Of a DNA stretch of 36,145 nt, positions 23,620 to 33,370 are shown piece by piece. The stretch covers positions 1-36,145 of the forward strand of contig JAWOJI010000087.1 of NCBI GenBank assembly GCA_046481735.1, given 5' to 3'. The position numbers and the translations under genes are program-made. Numbering within the stretch: the stretch's first letter is position 1; the number at the start of each line of letters is the position of its first letter. This DNA is from Desulfatiglandales bacterium (GTDB lineage Bacteria > Desulfobacterota > DSM-4660 > Desulfatiglandales > HGW-15). The notes below the pieces were generated by a model. That model worked only from the letters and a program-made list of their open reading frames with translations. It did no database searches and was not told where the DNA came from.

Positions 23620-24614
23620 TTTTCGAACTGGTGATACTTTCTCTCAAGGTAGTTCATGATTCCCTCGGGCTTGTACACCATGAAGGCGATCAAAATGAGA
23701 CAATAAAGAACCACCCGCAGTTGGCCGAAACCCCTGAGAGCCTCAGACATGGGGGTCAGGATAAAGGCGCCCAAAACAGGCCCTACAAGGGATCCCATGC
23801 CGCCCATCACCGTTGCGGCGATGGGAAGGATGGAAAAATCCATCGCAAAGAGGGAAATGCCCAGCCAGCCGTACAGATGGCTGAGATAGGCGCCTGCAAA
23901 GCATCCCAAGAGCGCGGCGATGAAAACGGCTTTGATCTTGTATGCGGTGACGCTGATTCCGGATGCCCTGACGGCCTGGTCGTTGTCTTTGACTCCGCGC
24001 AGGATAATGCCCATATCCTCGTTGACCAGCCTGCGAATGGCAAAGAGAGCGACAAGAACCGCGGCAAGGACGAGGTAAAGCTCCAGAGATATGCTGGGGA
24101 AGGTGTCCAGAGCGCTTATCCCTTCGGTGCCTCCGAAGATATTGAGGGCAATGATGATGTAGACGGCGAAGAGAGGCAGCATGAAACTGATGATCGCGAA
24201 ATAGATTCCCCGAAGCCTGAGGCAGGGGATGAGCACCAGGGTGCTGATGGCGGCGCCCACAACGGCTGCGGTGGGGATGGTGACAAATGGGGGGAGGTGG
24301 AGATAATGATTCAGGAGACCTGCGATGTATCCTCCACTCCCGATGAAAAGGGCGCCTCCGAGGCAGACGAGTCCTACGTAGCCGGCCAGAAAGTCGAAGC
24401 TCAGAGCGAGCAAGGCATATATCCCGGCAGAGCAAAGAACTCGCTGCCAATACATGTCGACAAAAAGGGGGATGAGGAGGAGCCCTAGAATCAAGAAAAG
24501 CCTTGGCGCAAGAAGATATGCCATCTCCCTCCAGGAAGATACGGCGTAGAGGCCCTCACACCTTACCTTGATGCTTCGGTCCAGCCTCTTCTTGCGGCTC
24601 GTCGATCCGACCAA
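23604..24614 (-). CDS. livM: branched-chain amino acid ABC transporter permease (LivM-type)
   Basis: It is a polytopic membrane protein with a LivM-like core (SFDFLAGYVGLVCLGGALF...). The longest form uses TTG 24614, 3 nt after the livH stop. An alternative start is ATG 24524. Confidence 0.8.
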   Translation of the reverse strand: MVGSTSRKKRLDRSIKVRCEGLYAVSSWREMAYLLAPRLFLILGLLLIPLFVDMYWQRVLCSAGIYALLALSFDFLAGYVGLVCLGGALFIGSGGYIAGLLNHYLHLPPFVTIPTAAVVGAAISTLVLIPCLRLRGIYFAIISFMLPLFAVYIIIALNIFGGTEGISALDTFPSISLELYLVLAAVLVALFAIRRLVNEDMGIILRGVKDNDQAVRASGISVTAYKIKAVFIAALLGCFAGAYLSHLYGWLGISLFAMDFSILPIAATVMGGMGSLVGPVLGAFILTPMSEALRGFGQLRVVLYCLILIAFMVYKPEGIMNYLERKYHQFEKWEKV

Positions 24615-24617
24615 GTT

Positions 24618-25502
24618 CTAGACCCTTTCTTCCAGCTCTTTCTGCTTTCCAAGCAGCCCCGAGGGCTTGAAAAGAAGAATGAGGATGATCGTGCCCACGA
24701 GAACCACGGACTCCCAAAGGGCCCCAAACAGAGCGGTGCTGATTTTCATGGCAAAGCCGATGACAAAGGAGGCCAGGATGGCCCCGCCCCAACTCCCGAG
24801 GCCGCCGATGATGCAGACCGCCAGAGCGTAGATGAGAACTCTGTACCCCACTTCAGCGGTGATGCTTCCAAGGGGCAGAATGATGACCGCCGCCAGGCCG
24901 GCCAGCGCAGATCCGATGGACATGGCAACCATGGCCATTCTGTCGGAATTAACCCCGAGCATCATGGCCGCTTGTTCGTCCTGGGCAATGGCCCTCAGAG
25001 AAAGGCCTGTTTTTGTATGATGGGTGAACAGGGAGAGGAGAATCACCATGGCCGCGCCTACGCCGATAATGATAAGGCGTTGATAGTCAATGAAAACGCC
25101 GAAGAGACTGATTTTTCCATCAATGAACGGCCTGAGCACGTAAAATGGGCCTATGAAGCCCTTGAAACCAGCAATCCCCTGCATTCGCAGCCCTTCCAGA
25201 ATGATCAGACTGACGGCAAAGGAAGAGATGATTTCCGACGTTGCCATACCCCGCAGACGGATGAGAACGACGCGGTAAATGAGAAGCCCCAGAATGGCGG
25301 CAATGGCGATGGAGAAAATGACTGCGAGGACATAATTCATGTTGAAGTCGTTCACAAAGCTCCAGGTCAGGAACCCTGTCAGGACATAGATGGATCCGTG
25401 GGCGAAGTTCGGAACCCGGCTCACGCCGTAAACCAGGGTGAACCCCAAGGCGATGAGGGCGAAGATGATGCTGTTGACGGTGCCGTAGATAAGAATTTCC
25501 AT
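24618..25502 (-). CDS. livH: branched-chain amino acid ABC transporter permease (LivH-type)
   Basis: MEILIYGTVNSIIFALIALGFTLVYGVSRVPNFAHGSIYVL... is the typical LivH N-terminus. Confidence 0.85.
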   Translation of the reverse strand: MEILIYGTVNSIIFALIALGFTLVYGVSRVPNFAHGSIYVLTGFLTWSFVNDFNMNYVLAVIFSIAIAAILGLLIYRVVLIRLRGMATSEIISSFAVSLIILEGLRMQGIAGFKGFIGPFYVLRPFIDGKISLFGVFIDYQRLIIIGVGAAMVILLSLFTHHTKTGLSLRAIAQDEQAAMMLGVNSDRMAMVAMSIGSALAGLAAVIILPLGSITAEVGYRVLIYALAVCIIGGLGSWGGAILASFVIGFAMKISTALFGALWESVVLVGTIILILLFKPSGLLGKQKELEERV

Positions 25503-25560
25503 GGGTTTTTGATTCTATTAACGGACAAGCCTCTCGTGCGGAGAGGCTTGTCCGGGGAGA

Positions 25561-26841
25561 CTATTTCTTCAACCAGGGCGGTATCTTGATAGTGCCCGTC
25601 GCTGCGGGCTGTGGAAAAACGGCCACTCTCTCGCCGTCCTGCCATTGGACCCAACATCCCAAGACGCTTGTGTTCGGGTCGTAGCCATAGATGATCTGAT
25701 GGTTGCTGTCGAATCGAATAGTCCCTCTAACTGCCGGGAGATTCGTTGTTCGAAGCGCCTCTATAAGTTTTTCCTTGTCCAGGGACCCGGTTCTTTCAAT
25801 GGCGTCCTTCAATACAAAGAGGGCCTCGTAAGCGCTCACACAGCCAGTGCTGCGTGGGGGAACCCCCCACCTCTGCGAAAAACTGTTGTAAAATTTCATG
25901 TGAAGGGGGGTTACGTTGCCTGGGACATTTCCTGCTTCGGAAAGGGTCACGATCGTGTACGCTCCTTTGCCGTCGGTGGCTTTCCAGAAACCGGGATCTT
26001 CCGCCGCACCGATGAAGCCGATGGGCAATGCAGGAACTTCCATGTCCGACCACTGCCTCAGAAGAATGGATGTCTCCGGTGAATAGGCCCAAATAAAAAG
26101 GATTTCGGCGCCGGACCGCTTGCATTCGTTCAGGGTCGCGGAGTAATCGGTTGCACCGATTGGGTGCTTCGCTTCACCAACGATCTCCCAGCCGTCTTTA
26201 ACGGCAAGATCGCTCACGATCTTGGCTGCCGCCCGGCACATGGCGCTGTCATCAATGGAGACGAAAATCTTCGAGAAACCATGCTCTTCCTTAATCCTGC
26301 GGAGAAGATCAATGGCCTCCTTGACATACCACTTAACGCTGCCGCTTTCCCTGAAGGAAAATCGGTATTTCTCCAGGTCCGAGCCGACCTTCTGATCCCA
26401 CGCGGGCGTGTAGCATCCGATGGAGACAATATCCAGCATCTTGTACTTCGCATAAAGATCGAGGGCGGCCATTCCGGCTTCGGACATGCATGGTCCTCCT
26501 GCAATCATGTCCACCTTTTTCTGAAGGATCAGCTTCTCGATGGCCAGCAGAACTTCGCTCGTGGGGACGCCGGGCTCCTCATCTCGAGTGTCTATGATCT
26601 CAAGTTTGATGGGCCGCATTTCATTGCCTACCTTGACGCCTCCTGCTGCGTTGATTTCCTCGGCAGCGAGAATCATGCCCCGCTCTCCGTTCTGGCCGTA
26701 AGCGCTGGCCCGAGGAACAGGGGCGCCTATCAGGATGGGTTTTCCCTCTTTCTGGGCGTGAGCCTGAGTGACCTGCAGGGAACCGATCAACGCGGCACAA
26801 AGGACAAGAATTGAAATGATGAAACCGACCTTCTTGCTCAT
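25561..26841 (-). CDS. ABC transporter substrate-binding protein (LivJ/LivK / type I periplasmic binding fold)
   Basis: A signal peptide (ISILVLCAALIGSLQVTQAHA) is followed by PILIGAPVPRASAYGQNGERGMILAAEEINAAGGV. A strong RBS (AAGGAGGG) is present. Confidence 0.85.
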   Translation of the reverse strand: MSKKVGFIISILVLCAALIGSLQVTQAHAQKEGKPILIGAPVPRASAYGQNGERGMILAAEEINAAGGVKVGNEMRPIKLEIIDTRDEEPGVPTSEVLLAIEKLILQKKVDMIAGGPCMSEAGMAALDLYAKYKMLDIVSIGCYTPAWDQKVGSDLEKYRFSFRESGSVKWYVKEAIDLLRRIKEEHGFSKIFVSIDDSAMCRAAAKIVSDLAVKDGWEIVGEAKHPIGATDYSATLNECKRSGAEILFIWAYSPETSILLRQWSDMEVPALPIGFIGAAEDPGFWKATDGKGAYTIVTLSEAGNVPGNVTPLHMKFYNSFSQRWGVPPRSTGCVSAYEALFVLKDAIERTGSLDKEKLIEALRTTNLPAVRGTIRFDSNHQIIYGYDPNTSVLGCWVQWQDGERVAVFPQPAATGTIKIPPWLKK

Positions 26842-27091
26842 GGTACCCTCCTTTTCTGAATGGCGTTTAAGTCAGGGGGCGCAAAGCGTCCAACTTCTTT
26901 TCTTCCAACCCCGTTCACTCTTTCTCTGCCAAGAGCGGAGGGAGAGAAAAAAGTGAGCAGGAAACAAAAAGGCAGAGCACAGAGGTCTGCTTTTTCGGGC
27001 AAGCACAGCAGACGGTGAGGCAGTTGCAAAGGTTCAGCGAGCCAACCCTAAGGGGTGAGTGATCCTAGGAAAAACGGCGATGGGTGTCAAG

Positions 27092-27128
27092 AAAAAAACC
27101 CAGGGGGCCTCGCCCTGACGAGGTCCTG
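27092..27128 (-). terminator. rho-independent terminator after the threonine aldolase gene
   Basis: The minus-strand RNA reads CAGG-A-CCUCG [UCAGGG] CGAGG-CCC-CCUG G UUUUUUU. The stem is 9 bp with an internal loop, followed by a U7 tract (forward A-run at 27092-27098). Confidence 0.6.
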
Positions 27129-27156
27129 CTGCGGGAGCTTACAAGTTCTGGCCTGT

Positions 27157-28188
27157 TTAGGGTTTTTTTGCTCGTGAAAAGTGATTCTTGAAAGCCCGGA
27201 TCACCTTTTCCACATCATCCCTTTTTACGTCCAGGTGGGTGACGAGGCGAACCCTGTCGCGGCCGCTGATCAGGATGCCCTGGTTTCTCATCGCTTGCTG
27301 AAGGACCGTGAAGCGGGATTTCTCCATGGAGAAAAAGACCATATTGGTCTGGACCTCTTCGGGGTCGATGGCGAGTGCATCGATTTCGGAAAGACCTACA
27401 GCAAGAAGCCTTGCATTGGCGTGGTCTTCGGCGAGCCTCTCAACATGCTCCGTTAAGGCCAAGATTCCGGCTGCAGCAAGTATTCCCGCCTGGCGCATTC
27501 CCCCTCCCAAGACTTTTCGCCAGCGCCTTGCCTGATCGATCAGTTGCCTGGGGCCGACGAGGATCGATCCCACGGGTGCGCCAAGACCCTTTGAAAGGCA
27601 TAACGAAACCGTGTGGAAGTGCTGCGCAATCTCCCTGGCCGGAACGTTGAGTTTTACGGAAGCATTGAAAATCCTTGCCCCGTCGAGGTGCATGGAAAGG
27701 CCTTGCTCCCGGGCGAGAGCGGAGGCTTCTGCAATGTAGTCCAGGGGCAAAACCTTGCCTCCCTGGGTGTTTTCCAGGCAGAGCAGCCTGGTTCTCGCGA
27801 AGTGGAAGTCATTGGGTTTAATCGCCTTGGCCACTTCACGGAGATCAAGGGTTCCGTCTTTCAGGAAATCCAGAGGCTGGGGCTGGATGCTGCCGAGAAC
27901 TGCGGCTCCGCCGCCTTCGTACCTGTATGTGTGGGCCTGCTGTCCCACGATGTACTCGTCTCCCCTTTCGCAATGGCTCATAACCGCCAGGAGGTTGCTC
28001 TGCGTTCCACTGGACGCAAAAAGTGCGGCTTCCTTGCCGAGCGTGTTTGCGGCAAGGGACTGAAGCCGGTTGACCGTCGGGTCCTCGCCGTAAACGTCGT
28101 CTCCCACTTCAGCCCGGGCCATGGCCTCTCTCATAGCGGGCGTCGGCCTGGTCACCGTATCGCTTCGCAGATCGATTGCTCTTTCCAT
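27157..28188 (-). CDS. ltaE: low-specificity L-threonine aldolase (PLP-dependent)
   Basis: The track ORF extends to 28299 and overlaps the upstream gene. I place the start at ATG 28188 (MERAIDLRSDTVTRPTPAMREAMARAEVGDDVYGEDPTVNRLQ). It is preceded by GGGAGGAATAGG and lies 1 nt after the upstream stop. Confidence 0.85.
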   Translation of the reverse strand: MERAIDLRSDTVTRPTPAMREAMARAEVGDDVYGEDPTVNRLQSLAANTLGKEAALFASSGTQSNLLAVMSHCERGDEYIVGQQAHTYRYEGGGAAVLGSIQPQPLDFLKDGTLDLREVAKAIKPNDFHFARTRLLCLENTQGGKVLPLDYIAEASALAREQGLSMHLDGARIFNASVKLNVPAREIAQHFHTVSLCLSKGLGAPVGSILVGPRQLIDQARRWRKVLGGGMRQAGILAAAGILALTEHVERLAEDHANARLLAVGLSEIDALAIDPEEVQTNMVFFSMEKSRFTVLQQAMRNQGILISGRDRVRLVTHLDVKRDDVEKVIRAFKNHFSRAKKP

Positions 28189-28189
28189 C

Positions 28190-30334
28190 CTATTCCTCCC
28201 TGGGAGGACCGGGTCTTGACAGTACAATCCTGGCATCCGCCACCACGCAACCCTGTCCCTCCGGGTACAGGATGAGCGGGTTGATGTCGAGCTCCGCAAT
28301 TTCAGGGTGATTCGAGACCATGGCCGAAAGTCTCAGAATGCAGAGCTTGGCTGACTTGATATCGGCCGCAGGCTTGCCCCGGATACCCTGGAGAACCCTG
28401 TAGGCCTTGATGGACTTGATCATGTTTTCGGCACTTGTCTCCCACATGGGCGCGAGCCTGAAGCTCACATCCTTCATGGCCTCCACAAAGATGCCGCCCA
28501 ACCCGAACATGCAGATGGGCCCGAATCTTGGATCCCTTGTGGAGCCCAAAATCACTTCGACTCCATCCCGAGCCATCTCCTGGATGAGAATTCCCCGGAT
28601 CCATGCGGAAGGGTTGTAATTTTTCGCTCTTTCGGTGATATCGCGAAAGGTCTTGGCGGCCTGCTCCAAAGACGTAACGCCCAGACGGACCCCGCCTGCA
28701 TCCGACTTGTGGAGGATGTCGGGTGAGTCAAGTTTCATGGCAACCGGAAATCCCACTTCTTCAATAGCGCTCTTGATCTCTGCGGGGTCTTGAACGAGAC
28801 GGCTTTTGAGAAGAGGGAAGCCATAGCAGCGCAAGAGCTCGTGGGCTTCCTTTTCCGTCATGAAGTATTCCTTGCGCCCCGAGAGCCTCCACGCAATGGC
28901 TGCGGCGGCTTTTTCCTGATCCTCGATGAGGCGAAAAACCTCTCTTCGCAACCCTTTGTTCGGTCTGAGGTTCTCCGCATAGCGAACCATGGCGCCCATT
29001 GTCCTTGATGCCTCTTCGGGAAAGGCGTAATTGGGGAACCCGTTCTGTTCGAGATAACGCACCCCCTCCGAAACATCGACCAAACCCATGAAGGAACATA
29101 GAATGGGCTTGTTCATATCTTTCCCAACATGGGGAACGATCCGGGCGGTTTCCATGATTTCCGTTGTTGCCGCAGGGGCCAGGATGACGATGGCCCCGTC
29201 CACGTTCTTATCTTCAAGGGTGTAACGAATGGCCGCCTCGTAACGTTTGGCGTCGGCGTCGCCAATCACGTCCACCGGGTTATGGACGCTTGCCGTGGAG
29301 GGGAGGGTGCCTCGCAGTTTCTCTTTTGTTTCTTCGGAAAGGGGCGCCATGGTGATTCCGGGCCGGATGAGGGCATCCGTAGCCATGATGCCGGGGCCGC
29401 CAGAATTGGTGACAATTGCGATTCGGCTGCCCTTGGGCAAGGGCTGGGTGGAGAAGGCAAGGGCATAATTGAAGAGTTCGCTTACGCCTTCCACCCGTTC
29501 AATCCCTCCCTGCATGAAGATGGCGTCATAGGCCGAGTCCGACCCTGCCATGGAGCCGGTGTGGGAAGCGGCTGCCCGTGCACCTTCAGGGGATCGCCCT
29601 GCTTTCAGTGCAAGTATGGGCTTTCCAGCGCCGAGGGTAATATCTCTTGCCGCTTCAATAAAGTGGTGCCCTTTTGAGATGTCTTCCAGGTACATGAGGA
29701 TGACATCCGTGTCAGGGTCATCTTTCAAATACCGGAGCAGGTCGGTTTCATCGATGTCCGCCTTGTTCCCGATGCTGACGAACTTGGAGAAACCCATGTT
29801 TCGGCCTTCGGCAAAATCCAGAATGGCCACGCACATGGCGCCGGACTGGGAAATGAGAGCGATGTTTCCGGCTTTGGGCATGAGTCTCGAGAAGGTGGCG
29901 TTCATGCGAACGTCTCTGTTCGTATTGATGACCCCGAGACAGTTGGGGCCGAGCATTCTGATGCCATGAGCCTTTGCCGCCGAGCGCACTCTTTTTTCCA
30001 GTTTCGCTCCATGTTCCCCGATTTCTTTGAAGCCCGCCGTGATCACGACGCACCCTTTGATTCCTTTGGCGGCCGTTTCTTCTATGATCTCCTCCACCCT
30101 TCCTGACGGAACGATGAGAACGGCCATGTCCACAGGGTCGGGGATATCACTGAGGGCAGGGTAGGCTTTGACTCCCTGAACGGACTTAAGCTTTGGATTG
30201 ACAGGATAGAGGATTCCCTGATAGGCGGCTTCAAGGAGGTTTCGGAAGATTGCAAGTCCCAGGCTTCCTGGTCGATTGGAAGCCCCGACAACGGCTATGG
30301 AGGCGGGGCTCAAAATGTATTTCATGTCACTCAT
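28190..30334 (-). CDS. ADP-forming acetyl/acyl-CoA synthetase (fused alpha-beta; CoA-binding, succinyl-CoA-synthetase-like and ATP-grasp domains)
   Basis: The 714-aa product begins ILSPASIAVVGASNRPGSLGLAIFRNLL...YPVNP. It has a phosphohistidine-loop region ASHTGSMAGS and a C-terminal ATP-grasp part. Confidence 0.85.
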   Translation of the reverse strand: MSDMKYILSPASIAVVGASNRPGSLGLAIFRNLLEAAYQGILYPVNPKLKSVQGVKAYPALSDIPDPVDMAVLIVPSGRVEEIIEETAAKGIKGCVVITAGFKEIGEHGAKLEKRVRSAAKAHGIRMLGPNCLGVINTNRDVRMNATFSRLMPKAGNIALISQSGAMCVAILDFAEGRNMGFSKFVSIGNKADIDETDLLRYLKDDPDTDVILMYLEDISKGHHFIEAARDITLGAGKPILALKAGRSPEGARAAASHTGSMAGSDSAYDAIFMQGGIERVEGVSELFNYALAFSTQPLPKGSRIAIVTNSGGPGIMATDALIRPGITMAPLSEETKEKLRGTLPSTASVHNPVDVIGDADAKRYEAAIRYTLEDKNVDGAIVILAPAATTEIMETARIVPHVGKDMNKPILCSFMGLVDVSEGVRYLEQNGFPNYAFPEEASRTMGAMVRYAENLRPNKGLRREVFRLIEDQEKAAAAIAWRLSGRKEYFMTEKEAHELLRCYGFPLLKSRLVQDPAEIKSAIEEVGFPVAMKLDSPDILHKSDAGGVRLGVTSLEQAAKTFRDITERAKNYNPSAWIRGILIQEMARDGVEVILGSTRDPRFGPICMFGLGGIFVEAMKDVSFRLAPMWETSAENMIKSIKAYRVLQGIRGKPAADIKSAKLCILRLSAMVSNHPEIAELDINPLILYPEGQGCVVADARIVLSRPGPPREE

Positions 30335-30376
30335 AAGAAAGCCTTTCTGGGCTGGAAATCAGGCGGGTCCCGCCTT

Positions 30377-30775
30377 TTATCTTCGGCTGTTGAGAAGGGT
30401 CAATTGGTCATTGAGGGTCCAGTAATCGTATATGTAGCCGATCAGGAAGAGACCTCCTGTCAGGAGGTAGAGGATGCCGGAAATCCATTTCCCCATGTAA
30501 AAGCGATGGATTCCAAAGATTCCAAGGAAGGTGAGCAGAATCCAGGCCACATTATAACTGTAAGGACCTGAACGAAATCGAAGATCAGCCTGGCGGTCCA
30601 TGGAGGGGATGAGGAACAGGTCCACGATCCATCCGACGAGGAACAGGCCGAAGGTGAAGAAGTAGATCGTGCCCGAAATGGGCTTCCCATAGTAAAACCG
30701 ATGGGATCCTGTAAAACCGAATATCCACAGGACATAGCCTATGGACTTGAGGTGGGTGTCATGGTGGATTTGCAT
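30377..30775 (-). CDS. TM2-domain membrane protein (two TM2 repeats)
   Basis: Two repeats are present: GSHRFYYGKPISGTIYFFTFGLFLVGWIVDLFLIP and GIHRFYMGKWISGILYLLTGGLFLIGYIYDYWTL. It overlaps the methyltransferase gene by 17 nt. Confidence 0.8.
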   Translation of the reverse strand: MQIHHDTHLKSIGYVLWIFGFTGSHRFYYGKPISGTIYFFTFGLFLVGWIVDLFLIPSMDRQADLRFRSGPYSYNVAWILLTFLGIFGIHRFYMGKWISGILYLLTGGLFLIGYIYDYWTLNDQLTLLNSRR

Positions 30776-31364
30776 AGTTCCTCTTTCCGCTCTTGAAGGT
30801 GATCAGATAATTGTAGGGTCCCACGTCGCTCATGCTGTGTGGTACAAAGCCATGGGGGGAGACCAGCCGCTCCACGTCTTGAGGAGTCAAACGAATCTTC
30901 AGGGATGGGCCGGGTGGGCCCTCCATCTTCTTGAACTCCACAACGCCAAGGATAGCGCCGGGTTTCAAGACTCTTGCCGTGTCCTCAATCGCCGCAAAGG
31001 CAACCCCTTCCCTCACGAAGTCATGGAGCACTGTGGCGATCAGGCAGACGTCCACCGTTGCGCTTTGGATCGGGAGAGGCCTCCCAACATCTCCGACTAC
31101 GGTTCTGATATTTTCCAGATTCTGAGCCTGCGCTTTTCTCTGCAGCTTGACAAGGGCCTCGACCCACATGTCCACTGCAAAGACCGTTCCTTTGGAACCC
31201 AGGATGTTTGCAACAGCAACGGCGTAATCCCCGGGCCCGCACCCCATATCCAGGAATGTCATCCCTTTGCGGAAGTTCAGTTCGCGGAAGACCCTTTCGT
31301 GATCAACCAGGTCATAACTGCTCTTTCCCGCTCCGTGGGGTTTCGAAGGATGGTGGTCGACCAT
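30759..31364 (-). CDS. class I SAM-dependent methyltransferase
   Basis: Motif I is FLDMGCGPGDYAVAV, followed by VFAVDMW and LKPGAILGVVEF. The ATG lies 3 nt after the rtcB stop (TAA CGA ATG). Confidence 0.8.
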   Translation of the reverse strand: MVDHHPSKPHGAGKSSYDLVDHERVFRELNFRKGMTFLDMGCGPGDYAVAVANILGSKGTVFAVDMWVEALVKLQRKAQAQNLENIRTVVGDVGRPLPIQSATVDVCLIATVLHDFVREGVAFAAIEDTARVLKPGAILGVVEFKKMEGPPGPSLKIRLTPQDVERLVSPHGFVPHSMSDVGPYNYLITFKSGKRNYANPP

Positions 31365-31367
31365 TCG

Positions 31368-32822
31368 TTATCCCTTGATGACACCGATCGGCTTGAGTTT
31401 AACCACTTTCCTCGCAATATCTGCACCGTGAACCACATGGACCACGTCCTCCACATCCTTGTAAGCCTCAGGGATCTCCTCCACCAGGGTAGCCCTGCTG
31501 GCTCCCCTGACCAGGATGCCGCGATCCTCCAGTTCACGGACAATGGAGCGGCCTTTGGCCGATTTCCTGGCCTGATGTCGGCTCATCAATCGACCTGCAC
31601 CGTGACAGGCTGATCCGAAGGTTTCATGGAAGCCATGCTGTGTTCCAACCAGGACATAAGAACATCGCCCCATATCGCCGGGGATGAGAACCGGCTGTCC
31701 CACGGCGCGGTAGGGCAAGGGGACTTCAGGATGCCCGGGAGGGAACGCGCGAGTCGCCCCTTTCCGATGCACGCAGAGGTTTCTTTTCCTCCCCTCCACC
31801 TCGTGGGTTTCCATCTTGGCCATGTTGTGGCAAACGTCGTAGATGAGCTCAAGCCGAAGATCGCGGGGGCTGAGCTGAAAAACCTGCTCGAAACTTTCCC
31901 TGACCCAGTGGGTGATCACCTGGCGGTTCACAAAAGCGAAATTGGCTGCGCAAGCCATGGCGGCCAAATACTTCTTGCCTTCCTGAGAGTCCACAGGCGC
32001 GCAGCAGAGCTGGGGATCGGGCAACTCAATGCCATATTTCTTGGAAGCCTGAAGCATGACTTTGATGTAATCGTCGCACACCTGGTGACCCAGGCCTCTG
32101 GAGCCGGTGTGCACCAGAACGGTCATCTGATTTTCATGAAGTCCAAACAGACCGGCAGCCTTTTCATCAAGCACCTCCTCAACGTATCCCACCTCCACGA
32201 AATGGTTCCCGGAACCGACAGTACCGAGCTGGGCGCGGCCGCGCTCCAAAGCACGCTCGCTCACACAGGCTGTGTCGGCTCCATGAATGCATCCCTGCGC
32301 TTCGATGTGCTCCATGTCTTCCGGAGAACCGAAACCGTTTTCGATGGTCCACTGCGCCCCTTTTCTCAGGACCCTTGAGAGTTCTTTCTGCCCCAGTTTC
32401 ATATCCTTCCTTTTCGATCCCACGCCGGAAGGGATGTTTTGAAAGAGGGCGGTCACAATGTCATGAATCCTTCCTTTGGCGTCTTTGGCGCTCAGACCTG
32501 AGCGCAGCAGGCGAACCCCTCAATTGATGTCATATCCGACCCCTCCTGGGGAAATGATCCCCTCTCCCGCGTCGAAGGCAGCAACCCCTCCGATGGGAAA
32601 GCCGTAACCCCAATGGATATCAGGCATGGCCATGGACTTTCCCACGATGCCGGGAAGCGTCGCAACGTTCATCACCTGAAGAAGGCTCTGGTCTTTCCTG
32701 ATGTCCTTCATCATCTTTTCGTCTGCAAACACGAGCCCTTCAGCGCGCATCTTTCCTTCCCTGGGTATGCGCCATCGCCAGTCATCGATTTTCTGGATTT
32801 TGAACTGCTGACCTTCTGTCAT
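31368..32822 (-). CDS. rtcB: RNA 3'-phosphate ligase RtcB, predicted selenoprotein (in-frame TGA at 32522-32520 read as Sec)
   Basis: Track ORFs 32520..32897 and 31368..32456 are in the same frame and are separated only by one TGA. The joined sequence reads ...[44 protein letters not shown].... The TGA sits where RtcB has the metal-ligand Cys of the DxxCG motif. Downstream motifs are intact: [23 protein letters not shown] place the start at ATG 32822 ([11 protein letters not shown]) after GGAGAGG. Confidence 0.75.
32488..32505 (-). promoter_or_regulatory. candidate bacterial SECIS hairpin downstream of the rtcB UGA
   Basis: The minus-strand RNA reads UGA-N14-GCGCUCA[GGUC]UGAGCGC. The stem is 7-8 bp and perfect. 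The apical loop starts with G and contains GU, and it lies about 21 nt after the UGA. Confidence 0.5.
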
Positions 32823-32927
32823 GGAAAGCCTCTCCAGCGAGCGAAACTGCCTCGCGAAACGATTCCCATGATGACAGCTCCCAAGCGGTTTTGTCAAATC
32901 AGATTGGATTTTCCGAGGAGAAGACCA

Positions 32928-33344
32928 TTACAGATCGAGAATGACCTGGGCCTTCCAGTCACCTTTTTCCCGGCGAATTCGGAGTTGGTGATAGGTGGCG
33001 CTCTTGACGGTGGTCTCTATGGGATGACGACTCTCATCATAAGCCTCTCCTCGAACGGTCGCTACAAGCGCTCGATCATTTAAGGAAAGAAGGTCAAATT
33101 CACGAAACAGGAGTCCCTGGGTTTCAAAAAGATAGATGAATTCATTGAGCCAGTCGACGAAAAGCTCTTCCAGGTCATTGGCCTGAAGTCTGATGGTTCG
33201 GGTTTCCCTCAATTGAATGGTTTCAGGATCGGTGATGACCCGGAAGAGAGCCTGTGCGGCATGGCGGAAGAGGTCAGGCAAGGTTTTGCCGAAGACCTGG
33301 ATGCCCTGATCTCCTGCATGATCAAGAAACTCGAACCCACGCAC
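32928..33344 (-). CDS. archease (RtcB activator family)
   Basis: It uses a GTG start after GAGGAAAT. The sequence (M)RGFEFLDHAGDQGIQVFGKTLPDLFRHAAQALF ... VKSATYHQLRIRREKGDWKAQVILDL has the typical archease N- and C-terminal signatures. Confidence 0.85.
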   Translation of the reverse strand: MRGFEFLDHAGDQGIQVFGKTLPDLFRHAAQALFRVITDPETIQLRETRTIRLQANDLEELFVDWLNEFIYLFETQGLLFREFDLLSLNDRALVATVRGEAYDESRHPIETTVKSATYHQLRIRREKGDWKAQVILDL

Positions 33345-33370
33345 GCCGTTATTTCCTCTGGATCGAAATC

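Noticed and set aside
23631-24488. 285-aa plus-strand ORF (and other long alternative-frame ORFs in 22193-26814)
   Set aside because: These lie opposite the LivFGMH and binding-protein genes, which have textbook ABC motifs. Their composition is biased, Gly/Asp/Glu/His-rich.
26842-27091. Possible sigma-54 promoter or riboswitch in the 5' leader region of the liv operon
   Set aside because: TGGC and TTGC elements are present on the minus strand, but the spacing is about 4 nt too long for a -24/-12 promoter. I recognised no riboswitch consensus.
28189-28299. N-terminal extension of the threonine aldolase ORF
   Set aside because: It overlaps the 3' end of the ACD gene. The conserved aldolase N-terminus (MERAIDLRSDTVTRP) starts at ATG 28188, with a strong RBS.
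30362-30374. Hairpin GGCGGGTCCCGCC between the TM2 stop and the ACD start as a terminator
   Set aside because: The stem is only 5-6 bp. On the minus strand it lacks a proper U-tract (UGAUUUCC). I left it unannotated.
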